From Callorhinchus milii (lineage: Eukaryota), in the NCBI RefSeq assembly GCF_018977255.1, contig NW_024704743.1, forward strand, positions 13,642,001-13,706,000: 64,000 bases of DNA, in the 5' to 3' direction. This document shows, in pieces, positions 34,556 to 47,859 of this stretch. Made by a program: the position numbers and the translations under genes. Position 1 is the first letter of the stretch, and every line of letters starts with the position of its first letter. Below the pieces are notes generated by a model, which was given only the letters and a program-made list of their open reading frames with translations, searched no databases and was not told the DNA's origin.

Positions 34556-35864
34556 TGAAAGCCTGACCAGTGAGCATCAATGGACCTTTTGACTATAAGC
34601 ACCATCAGAGTCAAGTTTGATCCTATCCTCATTCAACTTTCAACACATACACATTTCCAGCGGTGGTGATTGGATAGTGATCAGGAATGGCTTACATAGT
34701 TGTCTCTTTATTTTGGCCAATTGCAGCACTTTCATCATCAACTGACAGACGTTGGCTAACACAACCCAGGCTAGAGATTGTGAACCTTACTGGCATATTG
34801 CAGTTGGGAAGTTCCACACAGCCCAATATATTTATTAAGACATTGGCAAGTGATTCAATCCATCCTTAAAAATCACTCCCTCTTCAAAAATCATTAACTC
34901 CTCATACAAATTAATGGGCAAAGTATTCAGTGACCACAGTTGGGAAGTGAGCATTGCATGCATGTTAGGAGAGAAGAGATTTGGGCTCCGCTAGGCTGTT
35001 CCCTCCAGGTGAGAAGTCTATCAGCACTTACTGGGCACACAATGAAGAATGGCCACTTGGACAAAGTGCTGGAGCATTTATACAGCATGAGGCAGCACTC
35101 GAGGAAGAAGAAACAAAGGAATTGGAGGGGAAAATAAAACTTATTTGTGATATCAATATAATAATGGGAAGCATTAATTTGAGCATCTCTTGGTTTGCCC
35201 AGGAGGCAGGATTCTCCTTGGTGATTTCCAGAAGGTGCTGTCATGTGCAAAACTGCTAGAGAGCAAAACAGACACTTGTGAGGAGATAGTGAGAGACCCT
35301 TCCTTCTGAAGGGATAATCTGCCAAACACCTGGGGCCACTTCTGGCAAAACTTTGGTTCACCTCTCGGCTTGATTGAGGCACACTCACATTCGTGCTTCT
35401 TTCAGTTCCGCTGAGAGTTGTTAGACCTTGGCTGCTCTCCTGGGACGGTGGCACATGTGCATCAGTCACACGCAAATGTAATTAATTTAGATGGAAAATT
35501 TTGTAATGATGCGTCCCTCAGTAACCAATTTCTGATCCTGGTGTTCTTTTTATCTGACTCCCTAACAGTTATACAAGTAGCGTCAAGCCCCATTGTACAA
35601 ACAGAACAATTTGGTCCACAGCCTCACAGTGCTTTTCCACAATAGAAAGTCTCTTGCTACCACTACAGTCACCATTGAGAGAGGAAAGAGAAGAATTTCA
35701 CAAGGACAGTGGTTGCTGATTTGGGTTTCTAGAATTTTTTTATGCATTATTGTCTGGATTCAATAAAAATTGAATATTTGTTGTTTTTCTGTGCTGCTCT
35801 ATGTCAATTGAAGATGAAGAATTGAGAAATAAAAATGAGTTAAAACATGTCTGGAGCCTTATAA

Positions 35865-36440
35865 ACAACATAGGAACATAGGATTATAGGAACAGGAGAC
35901 GGCCATTCAGCTCCTCAAGTCTGTTCTGCCATTCTAAAAGATCATGGCTGATCTGTACCTCAGCTACAATTACCCGCCCTTGCCCCATATCCCTTGATAC
36001 CCTGACTTCACAAAATATCTATCCAGCTACCTCAGTCTTGAAAATTCAAATGGATTCAACATCCATAGCCTTTTGGGGAAGAGAGTTCCAGATTTCTACT
36101 ACCTGTGAGTGAAAAACTGCCTCGTGATTTCACTCATAAATGGCCTACCTCCAATTTTAAGATTATGCCCCCTTATTCTGGATTCCCCACGAGAGGAAAT
36201 AGTTTCTCTGTATCTACCCTATCAAATCCCTTTATTACTTTAAAAACCTCAATCAGATCACCCTTCAAACTTCTAAACTCAAGGGAATAGAGACCAAGTT
36301 TATTCAAACTGTCCTCACAATTTAACCCTTTTAGCCCTGGTATCATTCTGGTGAATCTGCACTGCATCCCCTCCAGAGCTAATATATCATTCCTGAGATG
36401 CAGTGCCCAAAACAGAATGTTGTACTCCAGATGGGACCAT
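35865..36440 (-). mobile_element. CR1 LINE 3' fragment
   Basis: QCRFTRMIPGLKGLN..LGLYSLEFRSLKGDLIEVFK; (TTCCTATG)-type tail. Confidence 0.9.
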
Positions 36441-38603
36441 GATCAACAAGTGTCCAGAACACACAGGTTTATTAAGGCAACAGAAGAGGCCTTGGTGTCT
36501 GCAGCAGATTTGTGGCTTGCAAGACCAATGGGTAGCTGATAGAAACGTGGGCATTGACTGCTGATTCCCAGGGTGAGAGGTAACCAGTTAATAGAACCGC
36601 AAGCTTGGATTGATTCAAAAGATGAGGCATGGGTGTATGATTAATCTGGTGGAGGAGCTGCATGTGGTTTGAGTCAGTGCAGGAGTCATTTATGTCCTCA
36701 GTCAGTGCAGGAGCAAAGAATGACTTTTTCGGTGAAGGAGGAAAAAGTGTTGCTTACAATTAGAGAGTCAGTGGAGGAGCTCAGAGTATCTTTTCAGGTC
36801 AGGGCAAACTCACATCCTGCTTATTATTCACCAATGGGTCACATTAGAAAATCCTCAGAGGAATATTCCTGATCCTGAAATTAAAACAGGTAATGAATAA
36901 TGGATTTGGAGAGGAAGAGATAATTTTGCCCTATAGAGACTGTAAGGTCTCCTTACTGGTCTACATAAAATGAATTGCTGTTTACTAGTAAATATCTCTT
37001 GATAAGTGAGCGAGATTAAAGATGACCTTATACAGGCAATACATGTGGATACATTATTGTTATGATTGTTGATTTGCTTCTGTTTTTGTATCTTCCAAAC
37101 ATGAAAGTTGTTGTTGGTAAAAACAATACAATATAACTGACATTTATATAGCGCCTTTTACATCACGAGAAATATCTCAAAGGCTTCATAGATTTGATAT
37201 AGAAAACAAAATAAAATAAATCAAAAATAATCATCAATATTGTTTGATAATTATTTGGGGAGGACAAATTTGCAGGGCTAGACATGATGGGCCAAATGGC
37301 CTCCTTCTGAACTGTTTAATTCTATGATTGTCTGACAAAAATTTCAAAAAATATATCTTAATTTTCACCAATTCTATCTATTATGATGTAATTATATATG
37401 TGTAAAAGCTCCATCATAGGTGTTAAAACCACATTGTCTATCATAATCCTATGAATTATTAAATCATCTGCTCTCCGACTTAGGTAACTTAGGTTTACTG
37501 CATGTCCTCCAAGCTTGCTATCCCTAACTTTTGGAATTACCTGCCTCAATCCCACCATCTTTCTGTCTTCAAATGCTACCTTAAACCTACCTCTACAAAT
37601 TTGCCTATGGTAAATGCTTAAAAAATAAAAATTAATGCAAGTTGTTGATGGTCAACTACTTGCCTCTCTTCCCACCTCCCACCTGCTTGGCATCCGTCCC
37701 ATCAGTATAAAGTGCTCTGAGATGTTATTCTTCGTGAAAGGTGCTACATAAATGCAAGTTTTTGTTGTGGATTGCCAAGATACAGATATTCAAGAATGAC
37801 AACATCCGAAACCGTCGTAGAGAGAGAAAGAGAGAGCAAATGGTAGTGAAAGAGAGGAGAGAAAAAAGTAGAGTAGGAAAGGAAGACAGAGGATAGGTAG
37901 AGAGAGAAATATGGCGAAGGTGAAGACAATTGTTCTTGGTGATGGACTGTATGCGAAGAATTCAAATACCATATTTCAAAGAATTCTAGGCAAGCACAAA
38001 GCAAGCAAAAATGCTATTTATCTCAATCATAGGTTTGACTTTTAAACACAACAAACGATGGATAATTCTGGGAAAAAAGCAGCTCCTTGAAATCCATGAA
38101 CATAATGCAACACTTGAGAGAACACTGCAAGTCTTGCACAATCTTAACACAGAATCTACACATCCCTCCATCATTACAAAAGTGTTGAGATACTTGAAAA
38201 GAAAAGGTCAAGAACAGTTCAATTCCCAAAAGAGGCCAGGAGGCTCTGTCTTGAATTTAGGAACAATAAATGAGCTGAAAAAACACGAAGGTGAATCATT
38301 GTTCTTGAAGTAGTAAAGTGAATACAAAGCACTAATGGAGTCTCCAATGCAGGCAGGTTGTACTAAGCTAAAACTATACAATACAGTACTTCAGGTGAAA
38401 GTGTATATAATCAACATGCTAAGTTGCAATATTAGATGTTTTAAAATGATATCCCTTTTCGTAAAGGTGTGATTTTGAAAGACTTTTTTGAATGACCTGT
38501 TTGCTGGCAATGGAGCGCAAATTTCATGGTTTCCACAAAGATTCTGAGTCATACAGGTAGGATGCTCTTTTGGCAGCTGAACTTCACTCTGATACAATTT
38601 ATA

Positions 38604-38945
38604 ATAATAATAATCATCCTTGTATTTGATGTAGCCCCTTATCATGTCTTCGAGCCGTCTCAAAGCCCTTCACAGAACATACTGTAAAATGAATTGACTA
38701 TATACTTTGTGGGCAAAATGCAGCAGTCAATTGCACACAGCAGTGTCCCACAAACAGTTGTGGCTTACGTAAGCAAATTCTTTTTAAGAGATCTGGCAAT
38801 CTACTAACAACCAGGTTCCTACTTACGGCTAAATAAACAGAGGCATGTGGAGTAAAGAAAGTTACCTAAGATTTTGCCCCACAGGGTATCGAACCCAGAT
38901 TCTTTCACTTGCGAGGCGAGCACACTAATCACTATACTACAGGAT
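38604..38945 (-). mobile_element. tRNA-derived SINE, long variant
   Basis: Head (reverse complement) at about 38945-38870; tail tattatt at 38604. Confidence 0.85.
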
Positions 38946-39399
38946 GCCATTTACTGTTGGGAATTCTAATGGGATTTCTTAGCCTGTTAGAAATTACCAC
39001 ATTTTCCTTTTTATTTACAGAAAAAACTTTCTGATGTTGAAATGTGTCAAACGTATTTCAAAAGTCACTGCAAAGTTAATGACTTTGAAGGCAAACGTTC
39101 GGCCAAAAGTCGTGATTCCTGACAAAGCTTTATTTTTCAACCACAATAATATTAATCTTTGGATTTGATATAGCCTCTCTTCACATTGTCAAAATATCTC
39201 AAAGCATGACATTATTTATTGTGAACTGTAGTGCCATAGAATCTTTAACGTCCACCTGAACAGGTAGACATGTTTACGTGAGAAAACATTGTCCCATTGT
39301 ACCAGTGTGACATGTCCATTTCCACATCAGTCACCCTAAATTTCAGAGTCCATCTGTGTGCCATTTTGTGCTTTAAATGCATTTATCATTTATAAATGC

Positions 39400-41965
39400 A
39401 TTGTGCGTTTGAGAAGCTGGATTCGCTGAAATAGAGAAGGTTGAGGGGAGACCCGATAAAGGTCATTACAATTATTGAGTTTGATAGAGAGAAATTATTT
39501 CCACAGAGTCAGTGATAGTTTTGGGACCACTGCTGTTTTTGATCTATATAAATGACCTGGACTTGGGTATAAGGAGTACAATTTCCAAGTTTGTAGATGA
39601 TACTAAGCTGGGAAAAGTAGTAAACAGTGAGGTTGATGATAGCAGACTGCAAGAGGACATAGACAGACTGGTGAAATGGGCAGACATGTGGCAGATGAAG
39701 TTTAACTTCCACCCACCACCCACCCCTTCCCTCCCACACTCCGACTCCTACCCATCCTCCCCTACACACCTTCGTACCCGTTTCCCCACCCTCTGTCTCT
39801 GAACTCATCCAATCCCTAAAACCAACCACCTGCTCCCTTGACCCCATCCCCACTCCACTCCTTATCTCCCAGCTCCACTTTCTTGCCCCACATATCACTG
39901 ACATCATCAACCTGTCCCTCTCCTCTGGCTCTGTCCCCATTCCATTAAAAACTGCCATCATCACGCCCACCCTGAAAAAACCCTCCCTTGATGCGTTGCA
40001 GCTATCAAGCTACCGGCCCATCTCCAACCTCCCCTTTCTCTCCAAGGTCTTGGAAAGAGTTGTCGCCTCCCAACTGCGCTCTTTCCTTTCCACCCATTCT
40101 CTTTTCGAACCCCTTCAGTCAGGTTTCCGTGCTGCCCATAGCACAGAAACTGCCCTGGTCAAGGTCACCAATGATATCCTGACCATCTGTGACCAGGGCT
40201 CCCTCTGTCTCCTCGTCCTCCTCGACCTATCGGCAGCATTCGATACGGTCGACCACGCTATCCTACTCCACCGCTTGTCCTCCCACCTCAACCTTCAAGG
40301 CACTGTCCTTGAATGGTTCAGGTCGTACCTTTCTCACCGTCTTCATTTCGTCTCGACGAATGGCTTCTCCTCCACCCCCCGCACTGTCTCATGTGGTGTC
40401 CCTCAGGGCTCTGTCCTTGGTCCCCTCCTCTTCACCCTCTACATGCTCCCCCTTGGTGACATCATCCGCAGACATGGAGTTAACTTCCACATGTATGCGG
40501 ATGACACCCAACTCTACCTTTCCTCCTCTACTCTCAACTCCACGACCACCGATGTCCTGACAGCCTGCCTGTCCGACATCGAGTCCTGGACGAGAGACAA
40601 CTTTCTTCAGCTCAACGTGCGAAAAACCGAGGCCCTCCTGATTGGCTCACGTCAGCGCCTCCGCACCTCAGGCGCTGACAGCATCAGCATCCAAGGCTGC
40701 ACTCTCCACCTCGCAAAGCCAGTCAGGAACCTCGGCGTTTTGTTCGACCCTGAGCTGTCCTTTCTCCCTCACATCCGCACCACAACTGGCACCGCCTTCC
40801 ATCACCTCCGGAACATCGCCAGACTACGGCACTACCTCACCCCTCACGCTGCTGAAACTCTGGTCCACGCCTTTGTCACCTCAAGGCTGGACTATGGGAA
40901 CTCTCTCCTCGCCGGCCTTCCCGCCACCTCCCTCCACAAGCTGCAGGTCATTCAGAACTCTGCAGCTCGTGTACTGTCCCGCACCAGGCTTCGGGACCAC
41001 ATCACTCCCACCCTCGCTCCCCTCCACTGGCTCCCCATCCCCCAGAGGATTGATTTCAAGATCCTCATCCTCACCTACAAGGCCATTCACGGCCTTGCTC
41101 CCTCCTACCTCTCCGACCTACTATCCCCCTACCTACCTGCCCGTACCCTCCGTTCCTCTGGCTCCGGTCTGCTCCACGTCCCCCGCCCCAACCGCCCTAC
41201 CATCGGTGGTCGGGCCTTCAGCCTCTCAGCCCCCAGGCTCTGGAACTCCATCCCCCAGTGCCTTCGCCTTGCTTCCTCCCTTTCCTCCTTCAAGGCCGGT
41301 CTCAAAACCTTTCTCTTTGACCGAGCCTTCAGCTCCCCTCACCCTGACCATTTCCCCCCTCCTCGCTCCCTCCCTTCCCTCCCCTCACCCTGACCATTTC
41401 CCCCCTGCTCGGGTCATGACCCAACTGTGCAGCGCCTTGGGACGTCCTCCTGACGTGAAAGGCGCTTTATAAATGGAATCTTGTTGTTGTTGTAATGTGG
41501 AGAAATGCAAAGTAATGCATTTTGGGAGGAAGAATGAGGAGAGGCAATATAAGCTGATGGTAGAATCTTAAAGGGGGAGAATGAACAGAGAGATTTGGGG
41601 GTTCATATAAGTAAATCTTTGAAAATGGCAGGACAGGCAGATAAAGCTGTTAAAAAGCATATGGGATACTAGGCTTTATAAATAGGGGCATAGAATACAA
41701 GAGCCAGGAAGTTATGATGAATCTTTATAAAACACTGGTTAGGCCTCAGCTAGAGACTGTGTTCAGTTCTGGGCACCACAATTTAGGAAGGATGTCAAGG
41801 CATTGGAGAGGGTGCAAAGGAGATTTACCAGAATGGTACCAGGAATGAGGGACTTCAGTTATCAGGAGAGGATAGAGAAACTGGGATTATTCTCCTTGGA
41901 GCAGAGAAGGTTAAGAGGAGACTTAATAGTAGTTTTCAAAATTATGAGAGGATTTGATAGGCCTA
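39400..41965 (+). mobile_element. CR1 RT fragment (39512-39705 and 41493-41965) split by an L2 insertion
   Basis: [27 protein letters not shown] on the left continues as NVEKCKVMHFGRKN..ERVQRRFTRM on the right. Confidence 0.9.
39705..41493 (+). mobile_element. Very young 5'-truncated L2 with an uninterrupted RT reading frame
   Basis: The 465-aa ORF 39996-41393 stays open upstream to the truncation at about 39705 (about 563 codons); YADD intact; (TTG)n tail. Confidence 0.97.
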
Positions 41966-42039
41966 CTCATTTTGTGCATTTATTCCTCCAGTCAAACCCA
42001 TTCCTTGAGGTGAAATGACAGTTGCCTGAACCTACAGTC

Positions 42040-42510
42040 CAACAACAACAAGCATTTATATAGCACCTCTCAGCGTCCAAGAGCGTTTGACAGTGGCAGA
42101 GCATGATGCCGAGCAGGGGGCAGTGGGAGGTCACCAGCTGAAGAGGAAGGAACCTGAAGATGGGGAAGGAAGGGGCTTTGAAAATAATGGGAGAATCTTT
42201 AAATTGATCCATTCAGCGATAGGGAGCCAGTGGAGGCTGACTAGAACTAGTGTAATGGGGGTACGGAGTTTATTACGGGTGGTGGAGTTTTGGATCAGCT
42301 GGATCCTGTGCATGGCGGAGCTGGGGAGACCAGCGAAGAGGGCATTTGAGAAGTCGAGTCAGGAAGTGACGAACGCATGGATGATGTCTGGGGTAACGTA
42401 AGGCCGTAGGCACGCAATGTGGCGGAGGTGGAGGAAAGTGGTCCTGGTCAGTGACCAGATGTGGGGAACGAAGGACAGCTGTGGGTCGAACCTGACCCTA
42501 GGTTGGGTAG
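42040..42510 (-). mobile_element. Old L2 3' fragment
   Basis: IQLIQNS..LHWLPIAEWINLKIL; tail at about 42040-42090. Confidence 0.8.
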
Positions 42511-43891
42511 TACTGTGGTACCGTGACACTAGCCATCTGCTGCAATTTTAAGGATGGCCTTTCTTCGGACTTTGCTGGTTTGTAAACCACGACTGTCTCC
42601 CTGGGAAAGATTGTGTTCTGATACAGTATTTATCTGCAAACCTCAAGTTACCTTTGATGACTTCAACCTGGTTTGGGAAGATCACATTTCTAACAGCTTG
42701 GAATATATTGGAATGTGAACTTCACCTCTTTGAAGTTTTGAGAGTGATGGAAGCCGCATAAGAATCCATTGTTTGGAATACAGTTTGTGTGGGGAAATTT
42801 CCACAATACTCAGCTCTTTCAGTGCAGAACAGAAACAAGAAACAGCCCTTGGTTGCGGGAGATTAGCTTGTAGGGTAATCCTTTATGAGACACGAATGTA
42901 TGTCTCTGTCTCCTCGCCCCCACCCCACCCCCAACACACACACAAACAGATTGTCAGTCAGGATTATTAGTTTACAGTTCTTAAAACATAATAATAGTCT
43001 GTGATTTCTATTTATGAGATAAGAATTTCCGTGCAGTTGAGTTACTGAAGGAAAATAAATTAATTTGTGTTGTGAAAAATCCCCCATAAGGATATTTAAA
43101 ACTCTGCCTTGCATTCGTTCCAACATTAACCATACACCCAGTGTTAGAAGTCACTTTAAGCATGACCTAGTACAGCTCTAAAGGGAACTGAACCCAGTTC
43201 AAAAGGGGCTACAGTGTTAACTAAAAGTAAACCAATCAAAGTTATTTATCAAAGGAATGAATCAAAGGTACGAAAGAGCGAGAAAATAATTGTCTAGCTT
43301 TGAGCTACTATTTCTACACCAGATGGCCTTGCAAATAGCTTTTCAAAAAATGCCAAAAGCCATATGATCAGCACAATACACTTCAATCCTTTGCCTTTCA
43401 ATAAATGCTCTTGCAGCTATTGAAAGATGAATTTGTAAGACATTTTTGAAATCTAGTTTGACAAGTCAGAATCCATTTGCCGTGCAACGTGTATTTTAGT
43501 GTATAATAAAAGCGCTGCAGAAGGGCATTTAATGTCACGGTTGCTCAGATCAATGTGCCCAAGAGTGTGTGTTATGTATTTTGTTCAATGCATTTCTTGG
43601 GGACACGGCTTCCCAGGACAAATACTCAAACTGAAAAGTAGCCATTGAATACAAATGCTTCAGTGAGTTAGACAAAGAAAATGAATTCTGTAATAGCTAC
43701 TGGAGAATATAGAAAAACAGTTTCTTAGTGCAGCAAAATGATCGAGGGTCAATGAACACAATTGAGATATGATGTAGTTCTGTCTACCAGTTACATTTAA
43801 CTTATTTTGCTTAACGCTATCTATTTTATATTAGAAAAGATCATTTGTATTCTCCCATTCACTTTTTTTAAATTTCTCTTCTCACTCCTTT

Positions 43892-44252
43892 AATAATAAT
43901 AATAATCCTTGCATTTGATATGGAGCCTTATCACGTCTTCGAGAATACACTGTAAAGTAAATTGACTGTATATTTTGTGTGGTGGCAGCCAATTGCGCAC
44001 AGTAGTGTCTCACAAACAGTTGTGGATTAAATGAACATATCATTACCATTATTTTTAATTTTTTTTTGAAGCAATTATTACCCCCAGAAAAATTATCTGC
44101 CAATCGACTAACAACTGAGTTCCTACTTACTGTGAGGTAAACAGAGGCATGTAGAGTAAGGAAACTTGCGTAACATTTCAGCCTGCCCGGGAATCGAACC
44201 CGGGTCCTCTCGCTTGCGAGGCAAGTACTCTAACCACTAAGCTACAGGACTC
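43892..44252 (-). mobile_element. Full-length tRNA-derived SINE, long variant
   Basis: Head gagtcctgtagcttagtggttagag..gggttcgattcccgggcagg; (TTA)n tail. Confidence 0.9.
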
Positions 44253-44459
44253 GACATGTTCACTAGTCAGAGTGAAGGTAGGAAAGTAGGTGACTGCCTC
44301 CAGGTCTCTGGCCTGTATCAAATACAGACAAGCAAGAGTGGTCCATCTTGAATTGTTTGATGTTTCCTTCTGCTGCACAGAGAATCACCCAGCCTGAGAT
44401 CATAAATTGACCGAGGGACAGTTTTTCATGCTCCAATCTCTGGGTCATCTGTCCTGTTT

Positions 44460-44800
44460 GTCAGCCTGGCTCAGTAGATTGCACTTTCGCCTCTGAGTCA
44501 GAAGGTTCTAAGTTCAAGCTCCACATGAGAACATATACAGTCTAAATGGACACTGCAGTGTAGAACTGAGGATATGCTACATTATTGTAGGTGCCATCCT
44601 TCTGATGAGACGTTAAGCCAAAGCCCGCCTGCCTGTTCAGGTGGACGTTAAATATCCCATAGCACTATTTGAAATGAGAAGGGACTTTCTCCCAATGTCC
44701 TGGCCAACAATCCCCCAAATAAAATTGGTCACTCACTTCATGGCTGTTTGTGGATATTGCTGTGAATAAAATTCGCTGCTGTATTCACCCACAAAATACA
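44460..44800 (+). mobile_element. DeuSINE-like (SacSINE1-type) element
   Basis: ggctcagtag..ctctgagtcagaaggttctaagttcaag head; gatgagacgttaagccaaag..gacgttaaatatcccatagcactattt core. Confidence 0.8.
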
Positions 44801-45609
44801 TATGATCACACAATTTACAACCTGCAAATGGAAATTCCATAGATGTTTATTGGAATGGAATGTGCACCCTCTCTCCTCACAACCTGACCTGACAATCCAG
44901 ATGTCATGAATGCCTATAGCAATGGTGTGGGATAGGGGGCAATTTGCCATGTTGTGACGATATGTACTGACTCTGACAATGTTCACCTATGATAGAATTT
45001 CCTCCAATTATAATCGGTTGTGAACCAAGGTTGTGAACCAAGCCGACAAATGTACCTACAAGCAAGAGATTTCTCCCCCCTCCCCCCAAGACTCCAACTT
45101 GACAAGGCGGAAGTATCTGAACGAACTTGGGTGTCAATTTTAGAATAATATTTGCTGAGGGATAAAGGTGATTAAGGTCAGCTGGTTATTATAAAAATCC
45201 TTAACTGATATCTTAAAGCACTGGTTACAGTGGATTGGAGGATTGGATAATGATTGGATAATGAATCAATAGGAGGAGCCAGCCACGTGCTGTTCATGTA
45301 TCCTTACTGTAAATAGAATGACAAGATATGTCACCATGCCCTACTAAGATATCTTAAGAGGGCATGGTGTTGGAGATCAGTTGTTTGTAAGTAATTCTAT
45401 AAATTCAATTCATAGGCAGCACTCCCAGTGTAGTTAATTCATCCAAATTTTCGCTAAAAAGGGAGACAATTGACATTAAAGGCAGATAACACACTTACAA
45501 GAAGAGTAATGCACATTTCATTACGCTGCGTGCTATTTCATCCTCTTTTCATCCTGCCATGGGATCTTTAACATCTACCTGAACCCAGAGACACAAACTT
45601 GGTTTCGCA

Positions 45610-46580
45610 TCTCAGCCAAATGTTCCAGTGCCTTGGGACGTCCTCCCGACGCGAGATTCCGCCGCCTGTATACTCACTTGAAGTAGACTCCGTACCCCCA
45701 TCTTTTTTAGTCAGGCTCCACTGGCTCCCTATCGCCGAATGGATCGATTTCAAGACCCTCACACTTGTTTTCAAATCCCTTCATGCCCTGGTTATCCCAC
45801 CACCCCCAACACGCTCACCCTGGCTCAGTGTGGGACTACGACACTGTCAAGCGCTCTGGGACGCTATCTGAAGGGTGGTAAATGGTGCTATATAAATGCA
45901 AATTGTTGTTGGAAATGTAGGTTGTTGTTCTTGTTGTTGCACAGTTTACTCCTTTAATTGATATCTTCGCTGAGAGATATGCAATGTATTCTCGAATTTT
46001 ACTGGTGTAATCTGTAATTGCTACAAGCATTTCAGAATGTGAAGACTCATCATGTTATTAGGTACTGCTTCTAGATCAAGAACACCATTTGTTTAAGCAA
46101 ATTACTCCATACCAATACCCATCAAATAGATAAAAAAAACTACACTATATTCATTTTCTCTTAGCAGTTGCCTGAACTTCAACATTTTAATGGAAAAACA
46201 ACAGCTTGCATTTATATAGTGGCTTCATGTAAAGTAGCGTCCTGAAGCTCTTTAAGAAATAGGGAGTGGGAGAAAGGGAGATGGCCTTAACCACACTTGA
46301 AGAGGTACAATTTGAGGGTTTAGGGACATACAAAATGAAGGCTCAGGCACTGCTGATGGCACAAAGAGCCTGGGAGTTGCATAGCTAGTCGAGTTAACTA
46401 AAGGGCAGGACAAGTGGAGGGGTAGGGTAGGAGTGGGTCGGAGAGATAAGGAGGTGCCAGGGAATAGATAGATTTGCATGTGAGAATGAATACCTTGAAA
46501 CTGATTTGCAAGGAAACAGAAGCCATTGGAGACTGGCGAGAACTGGAGTGATGGACCTGCAGCTTGGAGATGAGGATGCA
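45610..46580. mobile_element. Old L2 3' fragments (+ 45610-45935; - 46195-46580)
   Basis: RLHWLPIAEWIDFKTLTLVFKSLH and L2 tails. Confidence 0.7.
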
Positions 46581-46654
46581 GGTAGAGAAGGGTGTTCCTG
46601 AGCTTTAACACATAAATGGCAAAGTATGTGCACTTTTAGAGGTTTCAAGATAGA

Positions 46655-47565
46655 ATATAGGAACATAGTAACAGGAGTAGTAGGCCATTCAGCCCTTCAA
46701 GCCTATTCTGCCATTTAATTAGATCATGGCTGATCTGTACCTCAACTAATCCTTTCAATTCCAATTTCCTGCTTTCTCCCCATATCCCTTAATACCCTGA
46801 CCTACCAAAAATCTATCAACCGCACTCTTGAAGGTGTGAATGGATCCAACATCCACGGCCTTTTGGGGGAGAGAATTCTAGATTTCTACCACCCTTTGAG
46901 TGAAAAAATGCTTCCTGATTTCACTCTTAAATGGTCTGGTTCTAATTTTAAGACTATGCCCATTGTTTTGGATTCCATCACCAGAGGAAATAGCTTCACT
47001 GTATCTACCCTATCAAATCCCCTTATCATCTTAAATACCTCAATCAAGTCACCCCTCAACCTTCTAAACTCAAGGGAATAAAAAAGGGTGAAACGTTGGG
47101 CAAGTTTCCTTATTCCACACACCTGATAATAATCCCTCAAAAAAATTGGTCACTTCAAACCACGACTGTTTGTGGGACACTGCTGTGCGCAATTGGCTGT
47201 CGCATTTCGCCCACAAATATACAGTCAATTCACTTTACGGTCTATTCTGTGAAGCACTTTGAGATGTCTAAAAGACGTGAAAAGTGCTATATCAAATGCA
47301 AAGATTATTATTATAATACAATCCAAGTTTACGCAGCTTTTCCTTGTAACTTAACCCTTTTAGGCCTGGTAACATTCTGGTGAACCTGCGCTGCACCCCC
47401 TCCAGGGCGATTATATCTTTCCTGAAGTGTGGTGTCCAAACCTGAACGCAGTCTCCAGATGGGGTCTGACTAACGCTCTATACAGCTGAAGCATCATTTC
47501 TTCCCCTTTGTATTCCAGGCCTCTTGAGATAAAGAACAACATTCCATTCACATTTTTGATTATTT
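46655..47565 (-). mobile_element. CR1 3' fragment with a nested 5'-truncated SINE (+, about 47085-47314)
   Basis: YSLEFRRLRGDLIEVFKMIRGFDRVD; CR1 resumes after the SINE tail; possible TSD aata. Confidence 0.88.
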
Positions 47566-47859
47566 TAGAAGATAAGTGTTTTGTTCTGGTTAAGCATTAT
47601 ATTACTCTTGTGCTTTCAGTCCAGCAGCATACTGTTAGCAGTCTCAAAGTGCTGCAGTTTGCATTGAAAATGACAGAACCCAACTACCTTAATGTAGCAG
47701 CAAGTAAGATTACTACATTGAGTGCTACCTGGTGAGATGTGAAGCAATTGTGTGCGCGGGAGGGGGTGGAGGTGAATGATTCTCCACTTGTTAGTAAATC
47801 TACTGACCTTGGTGATATCACAATATCACAAGATTGGTCTGGATAAAGAAAGCTTTTCA

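Noticed and set aside
37780..38330. Purine-rich stretch and 100-aa ORF (38011-38313)
   Set aside because: No recognisable protein family or convincing splice context; possibly an uncharacterised repeat. A BLASTX search would settle it.
39996..41393. 465-aa reverse transcriptase as a host or domesticated gene
   Set aside because: 5'-truncated L2 ORF2 with no ATG at the frame start, no endonuclease or promoter, an L2 tail, and near-identical copies nearby.
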